IMG/VR virus record: IMGVR_UViG_3300014656_000009 | Coordinates: 1 to 43,416 of that record | DNA length: 43,416 bases | Direction: 5' to 3' (one strand) | Source of the DNA: a virus | Taxonomy: Duplodnaviria; Caudoviricetes | Part shown: piece after piece, positions 1 through 9,330 of the stretch | Layout: each line of letters begins with the position of its first letter | Numbering within the stretch: position 1 is the first letter of the stretch | The notes under the pieces: model-generated | Seen by the model: the letters and a program-made list of their open reading frames with translations, nothing else | Told to the model about the DNA's origin: nothing | The model's database searches: none | Translations under genes and position numbers: made by a program

Positions 1-123
1 GGCGATTCAAAGAAGCCGACGAAAACGCTCAGAGTCATTTTCTGAAATTTCAGCGGTTCGATGCTCTCTGGGATGGTCGTTTGCCCAACGAATTTATGGC
101 TATCTTCCAACAGCCGGAATTCA
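1..123. repeat. Terminal direct repeat, left copy (circular assembly overlap)
   Basis: Bases 1-123 are identical to 43294-43416, and the portal reading frame is continuous across the join. Confidence 0.97.
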
Positions 124-1940
124 TGGACTTGACGCACTATATCCCGCCCAAGGTGTTTCAGCTCGTCAGAGACTTTGCCAGAAAGGTACTTAATACGCTT
201 TTCTCGGTAGAGCCGAATTTTGAGCTTGACCATTGGCCCAAAGAAGAGGAACATCCGAAAGCTCAGGGCAACCGTGATCTTATTATTTTTCAGCATGAGG
301 AGGAAAGAGGCGATCATTACGGTGTCATGGAAGACGCGGCTTATCAGATGGCTCGGTATGGGCATTGTGTAATTTTGCCGGAATGGTGGAAGGATTTTGA
401 GCCATTAGTTCCAGAGGAAGACGATAGTAATAAATTTCGGACAGAACTCTCTTACGAAGGTCCACGCTTTCAGGTCTATCCCGCCTATCAAGCCCTGCCA
501 AGTCCGCATTTCGGCGAAAAGGAACAGCTGGCCTATTGTTTGCTTTTGGAAGTTATCCCTTTTGGTGATCTCTTAGAGAAACAGAAAAAAAGTCCAGACA
601 AATATCATGGGGTTAGGGACATTAAGGTTCAGGACATCAATCTTTCGGTGGTCAACAAATGGACGAAACTCGCTACTGTGGAGAAGCTAGATACCACCAA
701 GCCAGAAGATAAAGACCTCTACCCTGTTTTTCTGATCCATTATCTTGACGGAGAGAGAAGGATTACCGTTGCCAATCAGAAATATGAGATTTCTAATTAT
801 GCCGATCCCGACAGATCCCCAGGGCCTGGTGTTATCTGGTCAAGGTTGGTGAAGAAGGAAGGCACAGTCTTTGGGAAGGGTATCATTGAGATTATTGAGG
901 ATGCTTTGTATGAGGCTTTTGAGAAGCGGTGGAATAGGCTGAACAGACAGAAGCGGTTGAACGTTCCTGGTGGTGTGACAACCGAGGATGAGGCACCTTC
1001 GTTGCTTGAGGCTGGGGCTGGCAGACTTACTAAAGTTAAAGGTAAGATCGAGAATTACAAGTTCTTTACCGAACATCAGGGTTTGACCCTCAATGAGATG
1101 GAGCTTCGTGAGGAGAGCATAATTCTGGATGAGATTAAAAGAACTGTGGGTTACGAGGACATTGCTGTCGGCTATCGGCCTGAAGAGAAGGCCACTGCTA
1201 CGAGAGATATTGTGCTGAAAGAAGAGGCTGGAGAGAATACCCGTTATACCCTTAATCGGTTCGAGAAGATTCAGAAAATGATTATCCGAAAAGAGCTGTG
1301 TCTCAACCGCCAATTCCTTCTCTCTCCCCTACCGCTGGATTATCAGAGAGCGGGGATTGATATTAACCGCTCTGATATTTTGACGAACTGGACTATCCGG
1401 CCATTGGGAATTAGCGAAGCCATATCCCGGCCTATCATGCAGAAAGTTTTTGATATGATCGTTGAGAGACTTGTCAGCTTACCACCGGATATTCGGATGA
1501 ATCTTGACATTGATTATTACGAGCTGATAGTTTCCTATTTGAACGCTTTCCGACCATACATAAGAAACGCCGATAAAATTCTTCGTGATCCTGAAAAAGT
1601 TATGATTCCCATTGAAAAGGAAAATGTTTTGCTATCTCAGGGTTATCCGGTTCCCGTAGACCCCAGGGAAGATCACCAGAAGCATTTATTCGCCAAAGAG
1701 GGCGGTCACGTAGCGTTTATGAACGAGTTGAAGGCGGCGGGAGCCCCTGAGGAGCAACTGCGACCACTTATGGAGCATATCGCTGAGCATTACGCTAATC
1801 TGATGGTTCAAAAGGAAGGGGTGACAGGTGGAAAATTGGCTTCTGGTACTTCTGCCGGATTTAACGAAGAGTCTGTTGGCAATCTATTTAAGCAGATATT
1901 ACCCGGTAACGTTGAACAACTGAAAGGAGTGACAGGATGA
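1..1940 (+). CDS. Portal protein, 3' part (true start ATG 43248; about 661 aa across the join)
   Basis: Follows TerL with a TAATG overlap. About 660 aa, upstream of scaffold and capsid; segments such as VFGKGIIEIIED and EKATATRDIVLKEEAGEN resemble P22-like portals. Confidence 0.85.
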   Translation, partial: RFKEADENAQSHFLKFQRFDALWDGRLPNEFMAIFQQPEFMDLTHYIPPKVFQLVRDFARKVLNTLFSVEPNFELDHWPKEEEHPKAQGNRDLIIFQHEEERGDHYGVMEDAAYQMARYGHCVILPEWWKDFEPLVPEEDDSNKFRTELSYEGPRFQVYPAYQALPSPHFGEKEQLAYCLLLEVIPFGDLLEKQKKSPDKYHGVRDIKVQDINLSVVNKWTKLATVEKLDTTKPEDKDLYPVFLIHYLDGERRITVANQKYEISNYADPDRSPGPGVIWSRLVKKEGTVFGKGIIEIIEDALYEAFEKRWNRLNRQKRLNVPGGVTTEDEAPSLLEAGAGRLTKVKGKIENYKFFTEHQGLTLNEMELREESIILDEIKRTVGYEDIAVGYRPEEKATATRDIVLKEEAGENTRYTLNRFEKIQKMIIRKELCLNRQFLLSPLPLDYQRAGIDINRSDILTNWTIRPLGISEAISRPIMQKVFDMIVERLVSLPPDIRMNLDIDYYELIVSYLNAFRPYIRNADKILRDPEKVMIPIEKENVLLSQGYPVPVDPREDHQKHLFAKEGGHVAFMNELKAAGAPEEQLRPLMEHIAEHYANLMVQKEGVTGGKLASGTSAGFNEESVGNLFKQILPGNVEQLKGVTG

Positions 1941-2161
1941 AAGACTTTTTATTTCACGTAAAGTATTCCCCCCCGACCAGTCAGAGCATTATCAAAAAGA
2001 CCAAAAGCGGAGATCCGATGAAGAAAAAAGTCTATGATGTGGTCGCCGTGAAGATCATTGGAGAAGAAGTCTGGTTTGTGGTGGTCAAGGATAAGAAAAC
2101 ATTTACTAAGATTCCCGCTGTGGTATGCGACTTTGAAGGATTTGGGAAGAAGGAGAAATAG
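1937..2161 (+). CDS. Hypothetical protein, 74 aa
   Basis: ATGA overlap with the portal stop; AAGGAG upstream. Confidence 0.7.
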   Translation: MKDFLFHVKYSPPTSQSIIKKTKSGDPMKKKVYDVVAVKIIGEEVWFVVVKDKKTFTKIPAVVCDFEGFGKKEK

Positions 2162-2163
2162 TC

Positions 2164-2322
2164 ATGCCAGAGAAAGAAATCAAAAGACGTGGTGGTGCGA
2201 AGCGGTGGAGGACGAAGAAAGTTGACGGATATATTCACGTTGCAGTAGTGCCGAAGGCTGGACCAAGAGGCGGTCATACGGTCGCTGGGCCTGTGCATCA
2301 GAAGAAAAAGGCGAAGAGATGA
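2164..2322 (+). CDS. Small basic protein, 52 aa (MPEKEIKRRGGAKRWRTKK...KAGPRGGHTVAGPVHQKKKAKR), not in the ORF track
   Basis: Translated by hand; AAGGAG upstream; fills the gap in the operon. Confidence 0.7.
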   Translation: MPEKEIKRRGGAKRWRTKKVDGYIHVAVVPKAGPRGGHTVAGPVHQKKKAKR

Positions 2323-2462
2323 ATGGTTTATCACCAGAACTGCTTAAGAAAATAAAGTACGTTATCAAGTACATTGGTAATGAGGAGTCTTGCATCATAA
2401 CAAGACATCCCGACGGAAGCATAAGTTCAGCCATTGAGGGAGTGTCCCGATGGGCTTTTTAG
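2319..2462 (+). CDS. Hypothetical protein, 47 aa (MNGLSPELLKKIKYVIKY...)
   Basis: ATGA coupling to the previous ORF; translated by hand. Confidence 0.5.
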   Translation: MNGLSPELLKKIKYVIKYIGNEESCIITRHPDGSISSAIEGVSRWAF

Positions 2463-2776
2463 ACCTACCCTGGAACAAGAAGAAGATTGCCGATAGACAG
2501 AAGGAATTTGCCGAGCAAAAGTTGAACTCTTCCAAGATTCAGGGACTTTTGACACATCCAGGCTGGCAGATATTCAAAGAGCGGTTCCTCGACACTGAGA
2601 GAAAACGGGCGAACGAACAGGAAGCTCTCGCCCGAAAGAAAAGGGATTTTGACGAGAGGGATTTGTCGATGATCCTTCTTGAGTTCTTTGACAGAATGGA
2701 CAGTTGGTTTGATTCAAACGCTGTGCCTACTGATGAAGTGCAGGAGAAGATTTTGAAGAGGGTGATGGTTGAATGA
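2450..2776 (+). CDS. Portal-adjacent helical protein, 108 aa
   Basis: GAGGGAG RBS; LLTHPGWQIFKE motif typical of small proteins between portal and scaffold in podoviruses. Confidence 0.75.
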   Translation: MGFLDLPWNKKKIADRQKEFAEQKLNSSKIQGLLTHPGWQIFKERFLDTERKRANEQEALARKKRDFDERDLSMILLEFFDRMDSWFDSNAVPTDEVQEKILKRVMVE

Positions 2777-2927
2777 GGAAGAAGAAGCCATGATCCTTTC
2801 CCAGATCATAGCGAAAGATCAGTTGTATGATGTTAGGATTCCACTTCAAGGACATTATTCGATCAAAGTTGAAATTACTGACGGGAAGATAACCTTTTTG
2901 ACCAAGGAGCAAAAGATAAAAAAATAG
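2769..2927 (+). CDS. Small DUF2292/YezD-like protein (..GHYSIKVEITDGKITFLTKEQKIKK); alternative start ATG 2790
   Basis: Translated by hand; the C-terminal beta-strand pattern resembles DUF2292. Confidence 0.55.
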   Translation: MNEEEEAMILSQIIAKDQLYDVRIPLQGHYSIKVEITDGKITFLTKEQKIKK

Positions 2928-2996
2928 CATAGAAGTTGAACCTGATACGTTCGACAATGCCACATAACAAACACTAAGGGTAATACGGAATAACCG

Positions 2997-3044
2997 AAGC
3001 CCCGTTTGGTCTTGCACTACGCAGGATCGGGCGGGGCTTTTTTT
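2997..3044 (+). terminator. Intrinsic terminator-like hairpin before the scaffold gene
   Basis: AAGCCCCGTTTGGTCTTGC-ACTAC-GCAGGATCGGGCGGGGCTT with several G-U pairs, ending in a 7-T run. Confidence 0.8.
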
Positions 3045-3074
3045 GTAAACACTTTTTTCTAAGGAGGTTTTGAC

Positions 3075-3968
3075 ATGCCAGACCGCAAATCCTCAGTTAA
3101 TCTAGAGGACGATCCCGAAGGCACCCAGAAGAAGGTACAGGACGATCCTGACCAGGACCCTAATGCCCCGACTGGACGAGCCGGAGAGACCCCGGAGGAG
3201 AAGACTGAACGAGAAGAGGCGGAAAGGCAAGCGCGGGAAGAGAAGGACAAGGAGTATAAGGCGGCTTATACCAAGTACACCACACACCTAAAATCACTCG
3301 AAGAAGACGCTGAAAGGGCTGGTGTACCGCTTGCGGACTATATGAGAGAAGTGCAACGCTTGGCTCATCTTGGCTACGACTATGAGCAGAAAAAGGGTAA
3401 AGGCAGTGACGGTGACAAGCCTGAGGTTGAGGACAAGGAGTTCGAGGAACAGTTGCAGGAATTAGCTGAAGAACTGGGCATTGATGCGAAGAAATTCAAG
3501 CCTCTTGTTACTCTTGCTAATTCTCTCGCAGAGAAGCGGATAATGGAGAAACTTGAGCCGCAGTTTCAGCGCAATCTCGGCCTTGATCTGGACAACAAAT
3601 ACTCTCAATTCCTTGCCTATCGGAAGGGTAAAGACCCAAATTTTGCCATAACCGAGGATATGAAGCCTAAGATCAATGCTCGTGTAGCTGTGTTGGTAAA
3701 AGACGATCCGGCTCGATACGATGGCAAGGGAGCCAAAAATGTCTACAACCGCGCCTTTTTAGACCTAATTGACGACGATGAGGCTTTTGTCGAGAAGGTT
3801 ATCGCTGCAAAAAAAGCCTCCCATGAAAAAAGAGAGAAGGACAAGAACCTTCTCAATGTAGACAGGGGAAAACCGGGCATACCCGGATCGGCCCAAGAAG
3901 GATTGGCGGACAAGATTAAGGGTACCCTGTTTCCCCAAGCAAACAAGCGAAAAAAAGAAAGAGGGTAG
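3075..3968 (+). CDS. Capsid scaffolding protein
   Basis: Acidic, disordered N-terminus and coiled-coil body; directly upstream of the major capsid gene; AAGGAGG RBS. Confidence 0.8.
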   Translation: MPDRKSSVNLEDDPEGTQKKVQDDPDQDPNAPTGRAGETPEEKTEREEAERQAREEKDKEYKAAYTKYTTHLKSLEEDAERAGVPLADYMREVQRLAHLGYDYEQKKGKGSDGDKPEVEDKEFEEQLQELAEELGIDAKKFKPLVTLANSLAEKRIMEKLEPQFQRNLGLDLDNKYSQFLAYRKGKDPNFAITEDMKPKINARVAVLVKDDPARYDGKGAKNVYNRAFLDLIDDDEAFVEKVIAAKKASHEKREKDKNLLNVDRGKPGIPGSAQEGLADKIKGTLFPQANKRKKERG

Positions 3969-3972
3969 TTAA

Positions 3973-5127
3973 ATGGACCTATATGAGATGTTAGTTAGAG
4001 AAAATGCCCTCACTGAGCATATAGTACTTGACATTTCAGACATCATAGACGACATCCGGCCTCGCCAGAATCCCCTGCTGACAATGACTATGAAGGCTTC
4101 ACGGGAGAAGGGTCAGGAGTTCACTTCGTACTGGATGGAGGAAGGTTCAATTCCCACAGAGGTCAAATACACCGGCGCAGATGAGGCTAGTGCCGCTGCC
4201 ACTGGTGTTTTTGCGGACTATAAGAGACTTCGTAAAAACGACGTCTTGAGAAGAAGGGAATCTCCGTTTGAGTACGTTGTGGTAACTGCTACACCGAGTT
4301 CTTCAACTGTCGCCCTGAGTAGGGACTGGGCTTCTTACACTGGCGGAAGTGGACTTTTGAAGAACGGCGAAGTTCTGGATATTAGCGGCAGTCTGCATGA
4401 AGATTCCGTTGCGGACGTCACTCCTCGAATGACCAAGCCTGTGCTCAAGTACAACTTCCAACAGAAGGGCATTGATTGGGTAAAGATCGACAAGGATTAT
4501 CAAGAAGTCAAGCATCGGGGTGGAAGCATCATTGAAAGGCGGATCAACTCAGCCATGAACCATCATCTGATGAAGTTGGAGAAGAGGATGGTTCTCGGTG
4601 TCCGCGCCTCAGCTACGTGGCCGAGTTCTACCTATACGGCTAGAACCGCTGGTGGATTGACCTATTTCCTCAACACAAACCAATGGGCAGTGGGTGGATT
4701 GACTAACTTCACACCAGTCACCTTCGGTTCCTGGGTTGAGAGGGTGGCCTCCAGAGATCCTGAGCAGTCACAGCTTACCTACTACTGTTCAAGGACTGCC
4801 AGAAGGATAATCTCCCGCTGGCAGATGGGCAAACTTGCGGTTGAGCCGGCACAGAGCAAAAGGTACGGCGTGACCGTTGAGGCGTTCGATGCCGGTGCTG
4901 GTGTTGTAGTGAACCTCGTAACTATACCCTGGTTCACCGGAGAACTTTCCGGTTACGGATTCCTTGTTGATGTGAATAGGGTGGATTGGAAGGACTTGTG
5001 GAAGACCAAGATCGAGATGAACGTCGGAGCAAAGCAGGAAGAGTACGATCTCCACAAGATCAAAACCACTGCCACCATACTCGTTCACAACCAAGAAACA
5101 ATGGGCTGGCATTACGGAGCCATCTAA
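3973..5127 (+). CDS. Major capsid protein (HK97 fold, DUF5309/SU10-like)
   Basis: 384 aa after the scaffold; DISDII..NPLL, WMEE, N.QQ, LEKRMVLG, RTAGGL and YGVTV motifs. Confidence 0.85.
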   Translation: MDLYEMLVRENALTEHIVLDISDIIDDIRPRQNPLLTMTMKASREKGQEFTSYWMEEGSIPTEVKYTGADEASAAATGVFADYKRLRKNDVLRRRESPFEYVVVTATPSSSTVALSRDWASYTGGSGLLKNGEVLDISGSLHEDSVADVTPRMTKPVLKYNFQQKGIDWVKIDKDYQEVKHRGGSIIERRINSAMNHHLMKLEKRMVLGVRASATWPSSTYTARTAGGLTYFLNTNQWAVGGLTNFTPVTFGSWVERVASRDPEQSQLTYYCSRTARRIISRWQMGKLAVEPAQSKRYGVTVEAFDAGAGVVVNLVTIPWFTGELSGYGFLVDVNRVDWKDLWKTKIEMNVGAKQEEYDLHKIKTTATILVHNQETMGWHYGAI

Positions 5128-5142
5128 GGAGGTGAGAATCAC

Positions 5143-5946
5143 ATGGGAATAGACTATGATGACCTGAAAATCAAAGAGGACAAGCGGTGGTACGTTTATG
5201 CTGCCGACGACGTGGATATTGCCTTCAAAATCCGCTATGTCGGGGCTGAGGCGTCTTGTAAGATCGCTGTCGCTGCCGATGGCAAAATATCTTCTGTTGT
5301 TGGAGCTGTCGGCTCTGAGGCCGCCGATGCCAACTTCACCGTAGGAGCGACACCTGGAACGATAGACCCGGCAAATGCCGCCGCAGATACTATCAAGGAA
5401 CTGGTCAATTTTATCAATGGCCTAGATGACTATGAATGCTGGTCAGTGGATTCTCTCCCTGACGAAACTTCGGACGACACCCTGCTTCTGCTTTTGGTCG
5501 CCAATGGGCAGTGCAAAAACACCGATCTGAATATTTACTTCGATACCAGCGTGAGATATGCAATCTCGATGGCTTGTGGTGCCGCAGACCATCTCTTCAC
5601 CGTGGAAGGCCGGGAAAACATCGTTTTCCTTGCCACCGTCGGCATTCAGACAGCAACCAGCGCGGCATTTAACATCTACCTTGTGGATGACACTGCTGGT
5701 ACTAAGGAATTGATTGACACCGTGGGCGCAATTACCGGTGGAGCTGATCTAAGTTTTACAGCCACGAATTTGACGGCAGATGGCGTGAAGAGCTACGGAA
5801 AGAGGCTCGTTGTATGGGCTGGCGGGACCGCCGTTGCAGTTGGAACCGGAGGCAGTGTCAAGGTCGGATTGCACGTCTTCAAACAATCCACCAAGCTTGA
5901 ACCGCAGCATCGAGGACAGAAAGAGCATTACGAAAACTGGGGTTAG
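5143..5946 (+). CDS. Putative minor capsid/decoration protein
   Basis: Ala/Gly/Thr/Val-rich beta protein just after the capsid gene; AAGGAGGTG RBS; no signal peptide. Confidence 0.55.
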   Translation: MGIDYDDLKIKEDKRWYVYAADDVDIAFKIRYVGAEASCKIAVAADGKISSVVGAVGSEAADANFTVGATPGTIDPANAAADTIKELVNFINGLDDYECWSVDSLPDETSDDTLLLLLVANGQCKNTDLNIYFDTSVRYAISMACGAADHLFTVEGRENIVFLATVGIQTATSAAFNIYLVDDTAGTKELIDTVGAITGGADLSFTATNLTADGVKSYGKRLVVWAGGTAVAVGTGGSVKVGLHVFKQSTKLEPQHRGQKEHYENWG

Positions 5947-5954
5947 TTTCCTCC

Positions 5955-5999
5955 CCAAAAGCGGGGGAGGGTGAACAGAGGATACCTCCCCTGCTTTGG
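5955..5999 (+). promoter_or_regulatory. GC-rich hairpin after the capsid genes (processing, stability or termination element)
   Basis: CCAAAAGCGGGGGAGG pairs with CCTCCCCTGCTTTGG. Confidence 0.5.
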
Positions 6000-6026
6000 A
6001 TAAAACGGTCAAATGAGGAGGTTTTT

Positions 6027-6470
6027 ATGGCAAGCAGAGGAAGGCCAAGAAAGGTCAATCCACCGGAATTGCCGGACGAAAACGAAGAGCAGCAGGAGGA
6101 AGTAGAAGAAAGCTCCGGCGGAGTTTACTATCTCTCTCTTGACTCAAGCGATCTGGTCATAACGCTGTACGGCGGAAAGTATGACCACCGGATTAACGAT
6201 GTGCTTGAGGAAGCGGTGGAGATCGAGTTTTCACCCCTTCGGGATGATACTACGCTTATGAGCTATGGGATATATCATACCACCGATGAGAAACTTATCG
6301 TTGGCATAGAACAGAGTAAACCCTTTAAGGCTGGCCGGGTACGCAAGTTTGAGGATTTTGAGGCTGCGGTGCAATTTGCTCTTGAAGATGCCAAGAGAAG
6401 GATTCTGTCCGAGGCTCAGAACAAGGATGAACTGATCGATTCAGAGGAATTCGTAAAGTCGGGAATGTAA
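6027..6470 (+). CDS. Hypothetical head-associated protein, 147 aa
   Basis: GAGGAGG RBS; RGRPRK motif at the N-terminus. Confidence 0.7.
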   Translation: MASRGRPRKVNPPELPDENEEQQEEVEESSGGVYYLSLDSSDLVITLYGGKYDHRINDVLEEAVEIEFSPLRDDTTLMSYGIYHTTDEKLIVGIEQSKPFKAGRVRKFEDFEAAVQFALEDAKRRILSEAQNKDELIDSEEFVKSGM

Positions 6471-6471
6471 G

Positions 6472-7134
6472 ATGCAGACCGTTGAAGACGCCAAACTTCT
6501 GATTCTCCAGAAAGTGCCAGCACAAGCTGGTTCCAGAGGATTCCCTGCCCTTGTCGAAGCTCTGATTGATTCCGTGGGCGACATGATCTGGAAGGAGAAC
6601 AAGTGGAGCTTTGCCAAGAAGACTAAGGCTCCGCCAGAACGGGAATATATCAGTTTCGTACCTGGAACCTATGAGTACGTTCTGGACGATGACTTCCTGT
6701 ATCCGATTTACGTGTGGTGCAAAGACAGAGGTGAAGCCGGGAAGATGGATATTTTGACCCAAGAGCAGTTGCGGAACAGATACCCGGATTATACCGCCAT
6801 TACGGGTTATCCCGAAGTCTGCACGTTCGAGGGAATCAGGAAGATGCAAACCTTTGGGGATACGGCTGGCAGTATCGGTCTGATCTATCAGCGTGAAGGC
6901 GGGGCTTCCGATCTTCTGAGCCAGGACAAGAGCTTTCTTTTTATAATCATTGATGGTGTTTTAACCATGATTCATAAAGCTGGATCGGTTGAAGAGGCGA
7001 GTGCCTTTAATCGCTTTTGGCAGAGGCTTAATGCCAAGAAGCAGATGGACGCTTCCCATTTCGAGCCAAGCATCTTCATCCAGCCCGACAAGCTCTTTCA
7101 GCAATTACAGACTATAAGGAGATCATATCAATAA
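6472..7134 (+). CDS. Head-tail adaptor/ring protein 1, no signal peptide
   Basis: KWSFAKK, VPGTYEYVLDDDF, GYP and IIIDG motifs of P22 gp4/T7 gp11-like adaptors; position after head genes. Confidence 0.7.
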   Translation: MQTVEDAKLLILQKVPAQAGSRGFPALVEALIDSVGDMIWKENKWSFAKKTKAPPEREYISFVPGTYEYVLDDDFLYPIYVWCKDRGEAGKMDILTQEQLRNRYPDYTAITGYPEVCTFEGIRKMQTFGDTAGSIGLIYQREGGASDLLSQDKSFLFIIIDGVLTMIHKAGSVEEASAFNRFWQRLNAKKQMDASHFEPSIFIQPDKLFQQLQTIRRSYQ

Positions 7135-7200
7135 GAAATAAACTATCACTCCAAGCAGAAGTCCACTGGTTTTTCAAAGAATAGAATTTGATTGTCACAG

Positions 7201-7911
7201 ATGAAGAAAAAAAATATCATTCAGGTTGGCCTAGCCTTGATTCTCTGCCTGTTGTTTGCTCAAGCCTATGCAGAAACAGGCAATCTTTTGACTTTGGTTG
7301 ACTTTCGCAGAGATTGTGAAAATCAGTCGGTCTTAATAAATCATCCTTTTTATCCCGATTCGCTCTGGAATAGGTGGATCAACGAAGGCTCTGCCGATAT
7401 AGCCAGTTATTGTATAATTGAGAAATTAGACACAATCCAATGGGTTGTCGGAACGATGAACTATGATTTGAATAATGACTTTATCGCATTGATAGCTCTG
7501 TTCCCATTGAAACCATTTGGGAAAAAGACATTGAACTTTATTCCAGCAAAAGACATTGGAAAACTACAGGAACTAAATCCAACGGAGGAACCCAAAGATT
7601 TTTGGCAATCGGGAAAGGGCAGGAATGCAACGGTGGGCTTTTATCCGCCGCCGGTAGTCATAGATACCATGTTAATTATCTATGGAGCCGAAGCGGAATA
7701 TATGGATTCAGATGCAGACACTACGGACATTCCCTATTCCTATCGACCTTTGATTATTGATTATGTGGTTTGGCGAGCACTACTAAGGGATGGCAAAAGA
7801 AACACAGCAGTTCAGTATTGGGGAAGCTACAAGGAGAGATTAGAGGCCAATCTCAAATTTGAACAAAAGAGATTCGACGTTTTAATACTGCCGGAGGAAA
7901 TCAAAAAGTAA
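7201..7911 (+). CDS. Adaptor/ring paralogue 2 with Sec signal peptide
   Basis: MKKKNIIQVGLALILCLLFAQAYA|ETG; WNRWINEG, VVGTMNYDLNNDF, FYPPP and IPYSYRPLIIDYVVWRA adaptor motifs. Confidence 0.75.
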   Translation: MKKKNIIQVGLALILCLLFAQAYAETGNLLTLVDFRRDCENQSVLINHPFYPDSLWNRWINEGSADIASYCIIEKLDTIQWVVGTMNYDLNNDFIALIALFPLKPFGKKTLNFIPAKDIGKLQELNPTEEPKDFWQSGKGRNATVGFYPPPVVIDTMLIIYGAEAEYMDSDADTTDIPYSYRPLIIDYVVWRALLRDGKRNTAVQYWGSYKERLEANLKFEQKRFDVLILPEEIKK

Positions 7912-7922
7912 CGGAGGTAAGT

Positions 7923-8624
7923 ATGAAAAAGATTTTAGGACTGGCTTTGCTCTTGACGCTCTTGTTGTCCACCGGAGCCAAAGCTCAGGTGACGATGAAC
8001 GGAATGTTGGCGGATGTCAAGGCGATATTGGCGGAAGGAGAACCGAGGTTTTCGGATCAGGAGATCGTAGATTACATGATTCTGTCGATTCAGTCCGTGG
8101 CAACACACGGGTTTGCATGTCATTTAGTTGAACAAGACATTGCTACTCCCTCCAGCCACTCTCTCTCTGGGGATAGTTACGATGCACTATTTGTCCGTTA
8201 TATGAATAATGACAGAAATACCGCCAATCATCATGCCATCTGGGAAATTACACCAAGCGATCTTGGACGAAAAGAATTTTCGGCCATTGCACCAGTCCAG
8301 TATTTCTATCAATATCTCAATAAAGATCAGATCACATACGAAATTTATGGACGCAAAGCATCTATAGATACACTTGAGTATCTTTATTATTTTGTGCCAT
8401 TCGCTTTTGAGGTTAGCGGAAGTGACACAATAGTTCCCGTGAGTGAGAAATTCAGGGATATAATAATCGACCACACTCTTTTCCTTTGCTATGTAAGCAT
8501 AGAGGATTGGCCTTCGGCTTGGGATTCGCTCAACAAATATTTGGCGGAAATCGGTGTGGCAAGAGAGGTCGAGTACAACGAATTACCAGATTGGAGTTTT
8601 GGAACAAAATCAATTCAGGAGTGA
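7923..8624 (+). CDS. Adaptor/ring paralogue 3 with Sec signal peptide
   Basis: MKKILGLALLLTLLLSTGAKA|QVT; RFSDQEIVDYM and FRDIIIDH motifs; GGAGG RBS. Confidence 0.72.
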   Translation: MKKILGLALLLTLLLSTGAKAQVTMNGMLADVKAILAEGEPRFSDQEIVDYMILSIQSVATHGFACHLVEQDIATPSSHSLSGDSYDALFVRYMNNDRNTANHHAIWEITPSDLGRKEFSAIAPVQYFYQYLNKDQITYEIYGRKASIDTLEYLYYFVPFAFEVSGSDTIVPVSEKFRDIIIDHTLFLCYVSIEDWPSAWDSLNKYLAEIGVAREVEYNELPDWSFGTKSIQE

Positions 8625-8628
8625 TATT

Positions 8629-9330
8629 ATGAAAAAAATCATTATTTTCGCTATTCTCGTTCTTTTTCTTAGCCCGTTGGCGTACTCAGTGACGATTGGC
8701 TATGAATGGGAGATGAGTAAAGTAGATAGTGTTTTGGTAAACTTGCTCAATGTATCACACAACGACCCTTTCTTTGGTTCAACGAAAAGACAGAACGCTA
8801 TTCAAGATGGGTTGGCTCTGACTTCTGCGACATTACCTTTATCTGGGTTCAGGCAGTCTGTTACTTTTGCCGCCGATTCTTCTGCTGCCACTATTCCCTA
8901 TGACGCTGTAACCGATATTGTTGGCGCAATAAGATTCAGTGCTACGGATTCTGCCTATAGCTTAATTGAGATAAGCGGTGCATCTGTAGGACAGAAGGAG
9001 ATTGCAACTGACGCGCCGGGAAGATACTACTGGCAGACGAGACTCGCAGATGGGACAGAAAGACTTTATATCTATCCTCCCTTACAGGCACAGGGTACTA
9101 TTCTGGTATGTGGCCTTCGGATGTACAACGCCTTTGATGATTCTGTAAGAAGTATGGCTAATCCTGAAATCCTCTATTATTCCCTGTACCGTCTTTATCA
9201 ACAAAAGGGCGAAACCAGCATCGCTTCTGCCTTCAAGCAACTTTACGACATGATGGTCGCTGATTTGCAGAACAACCTTTTGAACCGCCCCATTGACATC
9301 ACCCATCCCAAGAGGATTCTGGCAAAGTGA
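8629..9330 (+). CDS. Adaptor/ring paralogue 4 with Sec signal peptide (start corrected from 8554)
   Basis: AGGAG RBS before ATG 8629; MKKIIIFAILVLFLSPLAYS|VTI; LYIYPP and ILYYSLYRLYQQKGE motifs. Confidence 0.7.
   Translation: MKKIIIFAILVLFLSPLAYSVTIGYEWEMSKVDSVLVNLLNVSHNDPFFGSTKRQNAIQDGLALTSATLPLSGFRQSVTFAADSSAATIPYDAVTDIVGAIRFSATDSAYSLIEISGASVGQKEIATDAPGRYYWQTRLADGTERLYIYPPLQAQGTILVCGLRMYNAFDDSVRSMANPEILYYSLYRLYQQKGETSIASAFKQLYDMMVADLQNNLLNRPIDITHPKRILAK

Noticed and set aside
1-123. 123-bp end repeat as a biological terminal repeat
   Set aside because: It falls inside the portal gene, and its size fits an assembler overlap. It shows circularity or permutation, not physical ends.
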